Under the pieces are notes generated by a model that had not been told where the DNA came from, did not search any database, and saw only the letters and a program-made list of their open reading frames with translations. Of a stretch of 64,000 bases of DNA, positions 11,658 to 25,173 are shown in pieces. The DNA is taken from contig CDMY01000531.1 of NCBI GenBank assembly GCA_001179505.1, positions 248,001-312,000 of the forward strand. The letters run 5' to 3'. This stretch comes from Vitrella brassicaformis CCMP3155 (taxonomy: Eukaryota > Protista > Chromerida). Within the stretch, counting starts at the first letter, position 1. Every line of letters begins with the position of its first letter. Made by a program: the position numbers and the translations under genes.

Positions 11658-14600
11658 TCAATACGAAAGAAGGGGTTTCGCTTGTTCAATCGATCTCGGC
11701 ACCACACCCACGCCGCAATACGCGCACAGCCCGCCAGCGGGAGAGATAACATTCGATGAGTACGTTGCGTCACACACAGGGCACCTCCGAACATCCTCAG
11801 GCAGCTCCAGCCTCAGCGTCAGGCTGCACAGGGCCACCCTCCCACCGCATGAGTGACACCGCCACGCCAGGGCGGACAGGAACCCGTTGCAGCGAGGGTT
11901 TGGGCACACGCCGGAGAGGAATGACTCAGTGCCGCTCCTCTGTGATGCGATAACCCCTCTCAGCCACTCAATGCGGCTCCTGACAGCATGCATACCCACC
12001 TCTCACCGTCATGTCTGTGCGTGCAGCTTATGTGTGTGTTCACCCTTCATCTGGCGACAGGTATCGAGCGTATTCCTTGCCCAGGAGGATGGCGGCGATC
12101 TTGTCAGCAGCAGCCATGTCACCCTGCCGGAATGTCATGACGACCGCCTGTTTGCCGAAGGCAGCCGCATGGCGACTCGCCACGGGCACGCGGAGCAGAG
12201 CCACCCACAACGCTGCTACCTTCTCGGTGGGCTCGTCCATTGCACTCCACACCTGCACACACCCAGACAGACAGGCATTGTGGATGGATGGATGGATATG
12301 TCAAAGTCGCTGTGTGCCGGTTCACCTGTGCTGTGAGTAGAACCCTCGACACGAGAAGGTAGTTCGTTGCGACCCGGAAGCGGCTCCTTATCTGCTCGGG
12401 GGGCGCCAACTGGGCGGCCATTGGCGGCAGGAGAGGGTCACTCGGCTCGACGACCAGATACCCCGCCGACTGAACGAACGTCACCAGCGCACCCACCGTC
12501 GCTTGCAACAGCTCCGTTGCCTTCTCGACTTGCCGCGCATCGAAAGCCTCAAGCGCTCCGTGGAGGAAGGAGTCAACCATGGGCAGCACTGAAGTGCTGA
12601 GGGCCTGCACGTTCGGGTGGTCCACGATGACGTCCTTGCCGACGAGCACGTGGTCGAACTCCAGCCCCAGCCCCTCCTTGGCGAATCGCTTGAGGCGGTC
12701 GGGCTGCAACTCCTCTGCAGGGGCGATCGACTCGATGATTTCGCGCTGCTCGCCCTCTGTGACCTGAAACGCTGGCAGTGACTCCTCCTCTTCAGGCTCG
12801 TGTGCCGGCGCCTCAGTCGTCACGACTCCATTCTCCTTGGGTGATGGCTCGGCGGGCACGGCAGGCGCAGCAGGCATGCTCTGGGTGAAGTTGAAGCTGT
12901 CCAGCGGCCCGGGCTCTTGACGCTCCTCTTCCGGCCAGCCAGCGTCCCAACCACCGATGGCCCATGGCTCCTCTCCCCCTGTCGACTCCTTCCGCATCTC
13001 CACAGCCACATCCTCCAGCGTCGTGGGCTCCTCAGCCTCCTCAATGGGCTCGATTTCATGGCCCCCCCGCGACTCAGGAGAGACCGGCAGCTCCTCTCGT
13101 GACGACTGCGACTTGCTCGACGTCGACACGAATGACATCTGCTTGCGCCTCCTCGTGGTTGCCCGAGGGCCCCTGGCTGCCGCCTTGCTGCGGCGGGAGG
13201 CTCTCTCCGCGTCGACTGACTTCTCCGTTGGTGGCGCAAGGGAGAAGCTGACCAGGGGAGGGGGCGGGATGACGGCAGATGTGTCGGCAGGCCCCTTCAG
13301 GCGCTCGCCTTGTGACCGTATCCTGAACGAGGATAAAACAAGAAAGAAGGGCACAATGAGGTTCTCGCATGCTGCCGCCTGCCGCTTCTGTGATGCCCCT
13401 ACTTGATCTTCTTGAAGCGCGACGCGGCTGCATCCTCCGTCGCACATGACAGCACGCGACCTCGCTGCTCGTCGATCACACCCACAGGCCTGCAGAAGAA
13501 GGATGACATAACGCACACGACAGCGGTCCATCGCTGCACATATCTTGGCTCCAGGCTGACCTGCAAAAGCCGAAGACCCGTATCTCTGCGGCATCGAAAG
13601 CGTCTCCCTCACCCCCGATGGCCAGATCAGCCCCTTTCTCCACCATCGGCCCAGAATCCTTGGGCAAGTGGACGCAAAAGTCAGCGGCGTCGTGGGTCGG
13701 GGATCCGCCCAGCCTGAAGGTGAGGGACTTGGCAGCGTCGGAGCAGATGACGGCCAGGTGGAACCACTGGCCTTCTGGGATGGGAGGCCCCTTTGGAGAT
13801 GAAAGCTCAGCCGAAGACGACTTGAGTGTGAAGGTGGTGCCTGCTGCCGCAAGAACGCACGAGATGCGGAATGAGGAGTCGCGGGAAAGAGGAGAGATGG
13901 TGCTTGGGGACGCCTTCACCCTGACAGACAGGAAGAGAGCAACAATGTAGGTAGACCAAACGCACGCCCACTTCCAATACCTACCTGATCCACATCTCCA
14001 ATGTCCACCCTGCCGTGCCCTCTTCACCACCCCGCGAGCACGCGTGCTCAATCTCCTCGGCGGCAGCGTGAGCAATGCTCCCAGCTGCCCGCGAGCCGCC
14101 AACAAGGTCCAGTGTTGCATCACCATGCTGCGACTCCAGACCAAGGGCCTGGCCCTTGCCGAGCGTCACAGCCCACCCTGGTGGCGCGCCCGTGCCCCAC
14201 TCGTCCTCGAACTCCACCGGTTCGCCGCTGCTGAGGGCCTCATGCCAGAACTGGCCGGCTGCGAGTGCCTTTCGGACGGCTGCCCGGCGGCCGCATTTGC
14301 TGCTGTCGTTGACGGTGTCGCCCTCGCCCTCGGCGCACCGCCAGTAGAGTAGGAGGCCGGGGGGGCTGGGGGCGATGACCACCTGGTCGTCAAGTGGAGC
14401 TTGAGACGCCTTGGCAGCATCTTCCGAGGGGCGCTTGCCTGATAGAAAGAATACACTCATAGGGGAATGAGGAACAGATCGCCTTGCGCACCTTGCTGCC
14501 TTTCAGAGACTAGTAGCGTGGCGACCGTCTTACGGGCACTCGGCTGATGATCGAGAACGGACACAGTAATAGAGAGGTGACTGACTTTGGGTGTGTGCAT

Positions 14601-17600
14601 AACTTTGTTGAAGTACCTGGGGTGTGGTCATGCCGAGATGCTCCTTAATGGACGAGGGCAAGAAGGGCGCGATCTGGCCCTCTCGCGTCATCAAGAGCAC
14701 CGGTGTAGTCTGAACATATGACACAGCACAGATGAAAACATAACATGCAACGCTGCTCCCTGCACGGCCCATTGCCCACCTGCTGTGCGGGCCTCAGAGG
14801 TGTCCTCAGCTGAGCGACGTCCGGCAGCGATCCAGTGCTGGAACTCCGCCCGCTGGCCGCCAGTTCTCTCACCAACACCTCCACAAAGGGATCCCTCCTC
14901 ACGCCGAACACGTCCAGTGGCAGCCGGCGACTCGTGAACACCCGGTCCAGCATATTATACGGGGGCTGAGGTAGGGATGCCAGCCGATGGGGCGATAGCA
15001 GAGGGTCTGTGTGGTGGGTCAAGGCCGCTTCCAGGACGCTATCTACGGGCAGCAAGCTGCTGTACGGCAAGAGCAGGCGCAACCCTAGCTGGGCGGCCGT
15101 CTCGTCAGCCGCGCCACCCTCGGGATCACCTCTCATAGACCGAATGCACGCCAGCAAGCGCTCACGTCCTCCTTCTTGCAACGGACCGGCCATCCTCACC
15201 AGTGCGGTCAAGAGGGCTCGCATAGTGGTGCCGGTTGTGTCCTCGGTGACCAGCTTGCGGATCACTGCTCGGACGGCGCCTTCATCAATCCTCTGGTACT
15301 GCTCTCGCTGCTTCTTGGTCAGTGGCGCGTGTGACGTCACGTCGGCCCCCATCCCGAACATCAGCCCGACGGCGTGTGCGAGTGCAGTGCTCTCGGGGTC
15401 TGCCGCCCTTTCCCCCGCCCCTCGCCTCCTGGTGCCTGAAGGAGGTTGTCGGTGGCTGGCGATGGCTTGGGCGACGACAGCCTCACCATCACTTCTCCAT
15501 TGTGGCGGGGGCACAAGAGTAGCCAGACTGTCCCATAATGGGGGGACGGCTGATGCTGATCCAGATCCAGATGCCGATGCAGACTCGGGTAGAAGGCACC
15601 GGGGTGTCAGATACGAGACATCGAACGACTTGGTCAGCTGCTCGACCGTCGGCTTGGTCAACACACCCCCCTCACCCTCACTCTCGCGGCCCGCACCCAC
15701 AGCCACCCGCCTCTGCGCCACCCGCATCAAGGTCTCCAGCAAGGCCACCGGCCGAGCAAGCACAATGCCCTTCGGATGGATGCCCCTTGCCCATGACGCT
15801 CCGCCACCGGTGCGCAGCTCTTGGTCAGGGGGATCCTGTCTGAACCGATAGCTGAACAGCAGCAAGCGGTCGGGCAAAGCACCGATGATCAGCGGGGGGA
15901 GCTGCGAACACAGCAGTGGGTGCAAGGGGGGCTGCGTGGGCATTTCGGCGTCTGATGGAGGAATGTCCGTGTCGCAGGTGAAGACTGCAAGGGGCGTCGC
16001 AACAGCCAGGACGGATCCCGAGAGGAGCCAGGTGAGCGAGACGACCCGATCTGTCGGCGACCTGCTGGCGAACATGTCGAGCAGGACGGTGTTGGTCCAG
16101 CGTGTTGGCTTGGAGCCCTCGTCCTGCCGCAGCACCACCACATAACGCGGGGTGGCAAGACCGACCGAGTGGGAGTGCGATGAATCACCTGACAGAGAAG
16201 AGACAACAGGCGAGTCGCTTGATGGGGAAATCGCCTCCGTATGGTGGTTGCTGTTACCCGCATCAGTGGACACCGACCAGCTGAATGAGACCAAGGGGTG
16301 TGCATGAGGAAGGTCATCAGGACACGTGAAGGCTGGAGAGCGGAGCCTGGCTCCACCCTGCGGCCGATGCGTGTCCAGGAAAGACAGCGAGCCATCCTTG
16401 CGCGACCAGACGGCAATCGTGGCACCACCACTGAACGAAAGACACACACACACACACACATGCATATCGCATGAACCGATGTCTGCTGGCCTTGTTGGTT
16501 TGTTGGCCTGTTATGTCAGTCACCTGAGTGGAGTGGGTCGAAGATCGTGAGCCCAAAACGAAAGGTCCTCTCCGTCGGGAGATGCCGCAGCCGACTGGTC
16601 TCCCTGACAAACAAGAAAGCATGTCACAACAATGCCATCACTGCGATTTAGCGATCCAGTGATGCCTTCCTACCAGTGGGAGCACTTCAATGCGGCTTGA
16701 GGGTGGTGCGCTTTCGGGTGCTGCTGGCTTCTTGTCCTTCAACACAGCGATCCCTGTCGGTGCGCCGTCCCATCCACCGACAAGAGCAGCGTCGACGGCA
16801 TCTTTCACCCTCAGCAACACGCTCCCCCGATCCACCGCCCACAGCTCTCCCCCTCCCCCCTGCCCCTCCAAAGACACGCCAATTAGAACGTGTGTCGGGG
16901 CCGCCTTGACGCTCCTCGGCCGACAATCCACGATCGACAGCACCCGCACACCAGCTGCACCAGCTGCAGCTGTTGCTGTTGCTGCTGTGGGCAGCCCCAC
17001 CCCGCCGCCGGCAGGGCCGCTGGTGACGTGCTCGAAGGCGGTTTGCGTCTTGCCCGTGACCAGCGAGTATGTCTTGATGCGGCCTTGAGAGAGGTAGAGA
17101 AAGGACGAGGGCGCCTCGATGGAGGGCTTGACCGTCAGCTGGGGGCTGGCGTGTGGGGTGATGGTGAGGAGGCTGTCGACGGACGGCGCGCATGGGAGGG
17201 GCGTGTATGACTGCAAGCAAGGGGAATCACTCACAAAGAGAGCAGGCACTGTTTGGTGGCTTCCTCGAGATCTGACCCGTTCGAATGACGTCCCATGTGT
17301 CAGCGACTGCAGCACGTCCACCACACCAAGACGCCAGAAGCCCGCCTCCGGACCTTCCTTCGCCCGCACAGGCATGGCCACCTGCCACGGACTCAGCCAG
17401 TCGAGCAGACCCCCACCCCGCCGCCCAAATCGCTCAAAAGCAGTGGGAATCACCGCCAGCTCGGCTGACGGCGGCTGACTCAGCGGGTAGAGAGTGCGAT
17501 ACCACTGCAGGGTGGCAGGTGGACCGGCAGAAGGCTTCTGCTTTGCCGATGCTGCCGCTGCTGCTGGTGCTGCTCGTGTGGTGGCCACGAGGTGGCCCCA

Positions 17601-18048
17601 GAGCAGTCGGCCGTCTGTGAGAAGGGCGAGGAGGGTGGCTGAGGGCGCGGGGCAGAGGGGAGGGTGCCAGCAGAGGCCCGCTATGGGCTGGTCCAACACA
17701 CTGGACGCCACCAACAGATCGCGACCCACACTACAGAGCACACAAGACAACACCCATGAGCGAACCCTCAGCATCTTTCCCGCGTGCTGAACTAGCTCGC
17801 TCACCTGGCCGGTTTCCCGAATCTTTTGGGTTTGAACTGGGTGGTCTCCACGTGCAGGAGGAACTCAGCGATGCCCCAGACGCTGACAACGCCCCTCCCG
17901 TCGCCCGTCGCGAGCAGATGTGGCGGCCCCGCCCGATCTGCAGGCCCGCCGTCACCCCACAGCGACATGCACGTCACACCGCTAGACGCCCATCTGTCCT
18001 GGAGATGACACACAGGCACACAACCATCGACGAAAGCATCCTTCCTCC

Positions 18049-18086
<38 letters not shown>

Positions 18087-18854
18087 TCTCTGTCTGGGTG
18101 CTCCACCCACCCTCATTGGGTCACTTGGCGCCTTCGGAGCACTGACAGGCCTGGCCTCAAAAGCCAGCACATTCAACAGCTGCAGGGTCGTCTTCTCCCT
18201 CGCCTTTAGCCGCCGCTTGCCGTCCGTCTCAGAGGGAGGGAAATTGAGGCACCAAAACACACCCACCCTCCCCCCATCCGCCCCAAGGAACAGCAGATCC
18301 GCCGTGGGGTGGGCGAGGATGCTCGTGACGGTGCGCAGAGGGTGTGGGAGGTCGATCTCTAGCCACGCGGTGTTCTTGCCTCCCGCAGTGAGCAGCGCCT
18401 GAGTCGAGAAGCAGTGGATGCTGCCAGAATCCAGTTGGACAAACGTGGTCGCAAGGCGGTCAACCATCGCACCAGCCCCGACACACGAGCCCAGCACGGA
18501 GGTGTCGAACTCATCAAATGCGGTCGGCCGGAAGACGTTCTGCAGCTCCAGCGTCGCCGCGTTGAACAGGACGGTGAAGCCAGTCCTCAGCATCACCAGG
18601 ATGACCTGCTCCTCGAGGCACAGCTGGCAGATGAGCACCAGATCTTGATCTCGGTCTCTCTCGGATTCGACGAAGTGGTCGATAGGGACGGCCATCGAGT
18701 CGAGCAGACCGAAGGAGCCCGCTGCCACCAGTGTCAGGTGAAGAGCCACGCCGTCTGTGGCGTCGATGTGGTAGAGAATCATCGTATGAGCGTGGTGGAA
18801 AGGCAGACATCGGACGATGGACGCCCCGGCTGCAGGGGCGGTGAAGATCTCCAT
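11658..18854 (-). CDS. TSET/TPLATE-complex TTRAY1 (TWD40-1)-like protein: WD40 propellers, solenoid, LamG-like insert, alpha-COP-type C-terminal domain with Cys knuckles
   Basis: Multi-exon gene from MEIFTAP. Motifs recalling plant TWD40-1: DLPHPLRTVTSILAHP..DLLFLG, SFLYLSQGRIKTYSLVTG, DAVDAALVG, FKKIKIRS, and the terminal LCSLTL...CPVCDATYS...CAYCGVGVVPRS. LamG motifs: LLLYWRCAEGEG..VNDSS, WTLEMWI, QWFHLAV, AEIRVF. Confidence 0.75.
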
Positions 18855-19056
18855 TGTCACTGCGCCTTCCCTTCGCCTTTCAGCTCGCTGCGTAAACTCT
18901 TGAAACCACTTTCCTCGTGCGGGGAAAAACGGGGCTTCCGCGCATTCCGCTGCGCGAGTGGCCAAGGATAACGCATTCAGCCGACGATTCGGCCATCCAC
19001 AGGTGGGAAAAGGCACGAAAGAGAGCCCACGGGATGGCCATCCATGGCATCCATCC

Positions 19057-21919
19057 ATGGTGGTGCAGGTAGGTAGCATGAGCACGGTGTATTCGGGTTC
19101 GCACCTGGCCGCCGGGACCATGTACGGGAACGTGCGTTCGCCGATGAACGCGTTATCGTACCCGAATGCCATATCGACGGAGATGCGCCCGCCGATGACG
19201 GGTGGTCCGCAGGCGCAGGGGGGTGTGGACGCCATGGCGGAGATGATGGCCATCAACCGCCACAAACAGCTGCAGCAGAACCTCATGAAACTCCTCACGG
19301 ACCCGGTGTATGAGGTACGGTACTACGGGGAGGGAGGGATGGATGGACAGATGGGGGATGAAAAGCGGTGGGGCAGGTGGGATGGATGGATGGATGCTCT
19401 TCTCCTTGTATGGTGTTCCTTGTGTGGTGTGTCGTGTTGTGGCCAGAGTTTGTTTGATTGCGTGTTGATCGCTGAGGGCCGGGAGATCAGAGCCCATAAG
19501 TGCATTCTCGCCGCCAACTGTGGTAACCACAAGACCTCACCGACAAAGAGGGCATCCACCACCTTGTGTGTGTGTGTATGTTATGTATTGTGTGTCATGT
19601 GTGTTGTGTCTGTCAGAGTATTTCCGCACTGCGATGTGCAGCGGCAGCCACGCCATGTCTCGCATCGACTTCAGCAACCAGCGGTACACGGTGGTCAAAC
19701 AGCTGGTCAACTACATATACGGCGGAGAACTAGACGAGAACACCAGCCTGGTGAGTCAGTGGGTTGGTCGACAGGGAGGGAGGGAGGGAAGCATGGGGCG
19801 CTCATGTACCCGTACCGATTTTCTATGTTGTGTGGCTGGTCAGACGGATATCATGGACGTGTTGGGGGAGGCGCGGGTAACCGCATGGAATACACCACAA
19901 AGACGCCCATCTGCGCACGCCCCTTGTGTTGTGTACCTGTTGTCACTCTTCAGGCGCTGGGTGTGGAGACCATGGACTCCACCTGTAATCCTCCCCCTCC
20001 CCCTCCCCCTTCACACACAAAACACACGCACAGAGCACACCACACCTCTCTCTCTCTGTGTCCATTCCATCTGTATGTGTGTCTATCAGCGGTTGCGCAG
20101 ATGGTAGTAGCTCGTTTGACGATGGAGACGTCCCTCGGTCTGCTGGAGCACGCCGAGATCGTCCACCATCCGCTCATCGCCAAGGGCGTCTGCCAGTACG
20201 CCGGCGAGCACCTGCTGGAGATACTCAAGAACCACACGGCCAAGCAGCGGCTGGTCAACCTGAGGGAGGACAACAAACCGTTTGTCATCGAACTCATCAA
20301 AGTCGCCGCCGCAAAGTGCAGGAATGGTCAGCAGAGAGCACAGAGGCGGGAGGGGGGAGGGGGGTCGTGTGGATGTGCGGATACGTGTGTGGTGTGTTGG
20401 TCCATTTCTCCATCAGAGCGTGACGTAGAGTTGGTTGTGGTGTTTGCCGTGGAGTGGTCGCAGAACGAGAACGCATGCGATCTGCTCAAGGTACCTGTCT
20501 GTCTGTTGATGCGTGGATGGATGGAGGGGTCGGGGCAAAGGATACGCCACGCCCACGAGAGCCGCTTGCTGGGCGCCTTCTGTGTGATGTGTGTGTGTAT
20601 GTGGGCGTATGTGGGCGTTGGTGTGTGCAGGATTGCAAGAACTGGCCGTGGAACGCGGACCAGGGCAAGTTGTCCATCTTCAGAACCGATGCTAGTACAC
20701 ACACACCAACACACACCAACACACAATGCCCCCACCCCAACACACAATCAACCACTCTCTGGGTTTCCCCTCCCCTCCCCTCTCCGCCACATCAGGCGAG
20801 ACCGGTCACGAGATTTCCAGCTACGAGTGGTACCCTACAGCACACCCACACCCACACAGACAGACCCACACAGCCACACCCCCACGCCCCCTCTGCGTGT
20901 GTTCGTTGTTCGTGTGTGTGTGTGTGTGTTGTCCATCCACAGGCGCATCTCTAACATCAAGGATTTGCTCAGCGGCACGCGCGAGTCGCCCCAGCGATTC
21001 GTGTGCGGCATGTGCTTCGACTGGTCCGTCCGCATCGACCACGGAGCGGAGAGTAAGCCAACCACACACCACCACACACATTTGCACACACAGACACGCC
21101 CAGGCAGGTGGCCGCATTTGTGTGTGTGTGTGTGTATGTGTGTGTGTGTGTATGTGTGTGTGTTTGGTGTCCGTGTGTGCAGACAAGGTTCGCATAGTGT
21201 ACGAGAACGCCACGGAGCGTGACCCCACGGCCGGCATCTGTCTCAAGCGTTTCCCCGCCGCCATGTTCGCATGGCAGGTCAGTCAGACAGACGCACCTGC
21301 CGCACCTTTTGTCCAATACCCCACACACGTGTGAATGGATATCTCTGTTGGGGTGTGTGTGTGGTGTCGTCTAGGTGATATTCCGCGGCCAGAATGTGTT
21401 CTACGAGCGTCCGGTATTCATCTGCTTCCCGCAGGACGTCAACCTCCACTGGTCCGTACTCCGCCCGCCCACAGACCAGACCATTCCGCCGACAGCTCTC
21501 TCCCTCTGTGTGCCTTGTGCGTGTGTGTGTGTGTGTGTGTGTGTAGGTCGACTACGTTGCCCATCGTGGCCAACGAGATCCACGACGATGACGAGATCAT
21601 CATCACGGTCGGTGAGGGCAGGGAGAGACACATACAGACACAGAATGCAGAGCAGGCGTATTTGTGTCTCTCTCTCTCCTTCAGTGCACGATGGCTGAGA
21701 ACCCCCTGATATCGCTCATCCTGTACCACTTCAGCAACGACCTAGAGGGGTAGATATGGCAGATACATACACAGGGGCGATTGGGCACATGGCCTTTGTG
21801 TGTGTGTGTGTGTGCGTGTGTGTGTGTGCACAGGACGGTAGCTGCCGAGGACATCCTGAACCGCCTGCCGCACATCGAGTACCGCTGCCTCTCCGCATAC
21901 GGACTCACCGTCAACGTGA

Positions 21920-21971
<52 letters not shown>

Positions 21972-22052
21972 CGCCCACACACACAAGGAAGCCGGCCAAT
22001 GTCTGTGTGTGTGTGCGTTCAGATGAAGAAGAACAAGGGCGGCCCCCTGTAG
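19057..22052 (+). CDS. BTB/POZ + BACK-like protein with a MATH-like C-terminal beta domain, many exons
   Basis: LFDCVLIAEGREIRAHKCILAANC|EYFRTAM...IDFS...VVKQLVNYIYGGEL is a BTB signature. Downstream exons splice in frame to ...MKKNKGGPL*. The start may be at 19078. Confidence 0.75.
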
Positions 22053-23032
22053 CTTCCATGATGATACACACACACACACCCTCTATGCGCGGGGCGGTAC
22101 ATGACATGGTGGTCTGGCCGGTTTCTCACAATGAATGCCAATGCCTCTTTATTGTTTTGCCTGCCTGCCCGCGCGCCAAACCCCACGTATGATCGCATTG
22201 TTTTTCCCCTGCCTGGCTCAACTACACTCGTGTCGATGAGTCGAATGAGCGCCATGCCGTGCCGTGTTTTGCATGTGTCTGCGCGTGGGGGTGTGGGGGG
22301 GGGTCCGCATCGATCGGCTAGCATGACCATGGCCCCCAGACACACACACACATATACACACACCATGATGTTGGGGCGCTTTCTGGGTCACTCACTGGGT
22401 ACGGTACCTCTCTCTCTCCCTCACACACGGACGATGTCATTGTCGTTTGGTCAAGCTAGCCAGCCTATGCCATCCCATCTCATGGATGGATGACATGAGA
22501 TGGGACGAACCGACGCGTCTTTTTTGGCATCCTCTTGATGCATCTGTGTGTGTGTGTGTGCGTGCGCGCGTGTGTGTGTGTCAAGCCAAGGGAGACGGCT
22601 GCTTGTACAGACATGGCATGGGTGTGTGGGTGGCAGTGAATCAGAAGGGATACGGAAGCGACCCGACACCGACGGTTCATCCATCCATCCATCCATCCCT
22701 CCATCCATTCACCACACACACGATCGCCATAGATCGCCAGAGTCACCCACCCCTCGATCTCGCTCGCTGATAGACAAGTGAGCAGCAGTGCGCTGTGTGT
22801 GGTGCCAGACGACCGTCGGGCATCTCCCCCTCGTCAACTTGCAGGCAAACGACGAGAGAGCCATACCGGACGGATGAATGACACCAACACGACAACACAA
22901 CCAACAGCATCAGAATCTGATCTCTCCAGGCTGGATGCTCACATTCAGCTCATGAATCGCTCCCTCTCAGTCGGCCTAAATCTATCTTACTGACAGCAAC
23001 GAGTACAGCCCCACCGGATCATATCACTCGTA

Positions 23033-23433
23033 TCACCCGCCCAGCCGCCTCCCTCTGCCTTTGTCGAACCTCCTTTTTCCATTACCCCCCTGATCGCCCC
23101 GACGCTTGCTGCCGGCTGCAGAGAGGGGCTCATAGACGTGTTTGTCGCTGTCGATTCGCCGCCTCAGCCACCGGGGGGCCGACAGCCACGCATAGCCTCC
23201 CATACCTGGGTAGATCTGACGCACACAGCCAGACAGGCAGACACAGAGGGCAGTGTGTGTGTGTGTGTGTGTTTGTGTGTGGGTGTGTGGGTGTGCCCAC
23301 CTGGTTGAAGAAATGGTAGAAGTGTCCGGTGGCGATGCCCATCAGGTGGGGGATGGCCGCGTTGATCTTCTGCGCCGACAGCACGTCGATCACCGCCTGT
23401 GCGAACGGCACCTTCCAGTACTGAACCTGTGTG

Positions 23434-23465
<32 letters not shown>

Positions 23466-24274
23466 CCCAACAGCCACACACCGTTGCACATGCCACCCCT
23501 CGCACACACACAAACACCCACACCCACCCGTATATTTAGGAACACCGGCACCATCGCGAACGGCTCTCTCCGCGAGCAAGCGTAGACGAGTGCGCTGCTG
23601 AACGCCCTGCCCGTGAAGGGCAGCTGGAACCTAAAGCCGATCAGCGAGAGCAGGATGACCTGCGTCAGCATGAACACCAGCTGCTCGGCGCTGCCCTTGG
23701 CCTCCTCCAGGCTCTGCCCATACTGCCACATAAAGTACATGGTGCTGATCATCGACAGGGTCAGGTCGCCCTGGAAGGCCATCGCCGTGAAGGGCCGCCA
23801 GAACTCAAAGGACCGCACTGTCCGCTCCCACTCGAGGGCGAACACCGAGGGGTCGACAGAGAGGGGCTTCAGCTGCAGCAGGCTGAGCAGGAGGGCGAGA
23901 GAGAGGTACAGGCGCGTGATGAGCTGGATGTTGGTGTAGATGCGCAGCACGGGGGCGATCCAGTTGGAGTAGAAACTCCGCCCGGGACTCTGGCTGAGCT
24001 TCCGCACGCCCTTGGGATCAGCTGTGGTGCGCCGCTGACGCCTCCCCTTTGCCGGCCCTCTGCTGCTGGCACGCGCGCCGCCTCTGCACGTAAAGAGAGC
24101 ATCCGGTGGCCTTGTCAGCAGAACACTGGATGGGCGAAGGTCGACCGGTCTGCTTCTTCGCACAGATGACACCCATCTGCCCTCCCCGCCACTCGGTGCA
24201 TGGTCGACGGGGGATGGATCAATGCAGAAGGCGATGTGCGCCAGGAGGAAGATCAGCAACCACGGGAGCTTCAT
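23033..24274 (-). CDS. DER1: Derlin/Der1 with signal peptide plus basic transit-like extension (probable plastid SELMA Der1), 3 exons
   Basis: Signal peptide MKLPWLLIFLLAHIAFC, then an Arg/Ser-rich segment, then ITRLYL...FEFWRPFTAMAFQG...YGQSLE...LVYACSRREP...HLMGIATGHFYHFF...GRGRRLGG*. The WR, LE, GH and G.GR.LG Derlin motifs are present. Confidence 0.85.
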
Positions 24275-24592
24275 TGTCAGGCAACAGCTGCAGACGTGGG
24301 AAGATGGATGGGCGGGAGAAGTGTGGTTCACAAAGCGGAGGAGCCGCCCTTCTGTTCGTTCGATGGGAAGGAGATGGCGGAGAGCGGGTGGATGAATAGA
24401 TCTGACGTTCTCGGGCGCCCTCACTGCAGGCCGAATCACTAAGCTCGCAGATCGGAGGGAGAAGCGGGGCAAAGCGAGAATTCGCCCACACCAGGGCTGT
24501 CCGAGCGTCACTGCATCGTCTGACCTGTGGAAGCAGTAGCGGGCGGTGCTCTGTCGGTGAGTGAGTGACTCGTTGTGGACGACGCGTGTGCG

Positions 24593-24964
24593 ATGATGAC
24601 GGACAACATCGTCATCAGCCGCGAGGAGATCGTCAAGGAGGGTTGGCTGTCCAAGCAGTCGAGGTTCCTCAGGGACTGGCGGCGCCGCTGGTTCATCCTC
24701 ACCCCACACTACCTCGCCTCATTCAGGAAGCAGGGCCAGTACACCAACCCCACTGAAATCCTCCGCCTTCGCGACTGCTCAACCGTCAAGTCGGCCGACG
24801 ACGAGGTCCACAAGGACAACGCTTTTCGCGTCGACACGCCGGGCCGCGTGTTTTTCCTGGTGGCCGACACGACGGCTGACAAGGAGAGCTGGATTGGGCA
24901 CATCGGGCGGCAGATGGTGCGGCCGAGCGTCATGACTGACTACGATGACGGCATGGAGCAGTGA
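24593..24964 (+). CDS. Single PH-domain protein (AtPH1-like), intronless
   Basis: KEGWLSKQSRFLRDWRRRWFIL...CSTVKSADD...FFLVADTTADKESWIGHIGR is a canonical PH domain. Confidence 0.9.
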   Translation: MMTDNIVISREEIVKEGWLSKQSRFLRDWRRRWFILTPHYLASFRKQGQYTNPTEILRLRDCSTVKSADDEVHKDNAFRVDTPGRVFFLVADTTADKESWIGHIGRQMVRPSVMTDYDDGMEQ

Positions 24965-25173
24965 CCGGCTTCTGTCTGTGTGGGTGTGGGTGCGGGTAGG
25001 GGTTGTGGGCAGTCAGGAAGGGCATTGTACAGTTTTGTTGTCGCTCGTGTGTATGCCTTGTGAGGGAGGCAGGGTGAGGGGAGACGGGAGGGTGGGTGTC
25101 TGGCTAACACTACTCACTGCGTATTTGTTTTTCATCGTCTCTTGAGTGGGTGACGGCGCCATTTTGTCGTGTC

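Noticed and set aside
11658-12340. Calling the giant WD40 gene alpha-COP
   Set aside because: The N-terminus lacks the highly conserved alpha-COP start (MLTKFETKS.RVKG..FHP), and the terminal Cys knuckle and KKIKIR fit TWD40-1 better.
18958-21222. 754-aa ORF and many other long ORFs with CVCVCV, THTHTH or DGWMDG runs
   Set aside because: These are read-through of microsatellite introns in GC-rich DNA; the real products are spliced.
24593-24964. Apicomplexan APH (acylated PH) ortholog
   Set aside because: No N-terminal MG..C myristoylation/palmitoylation motif.
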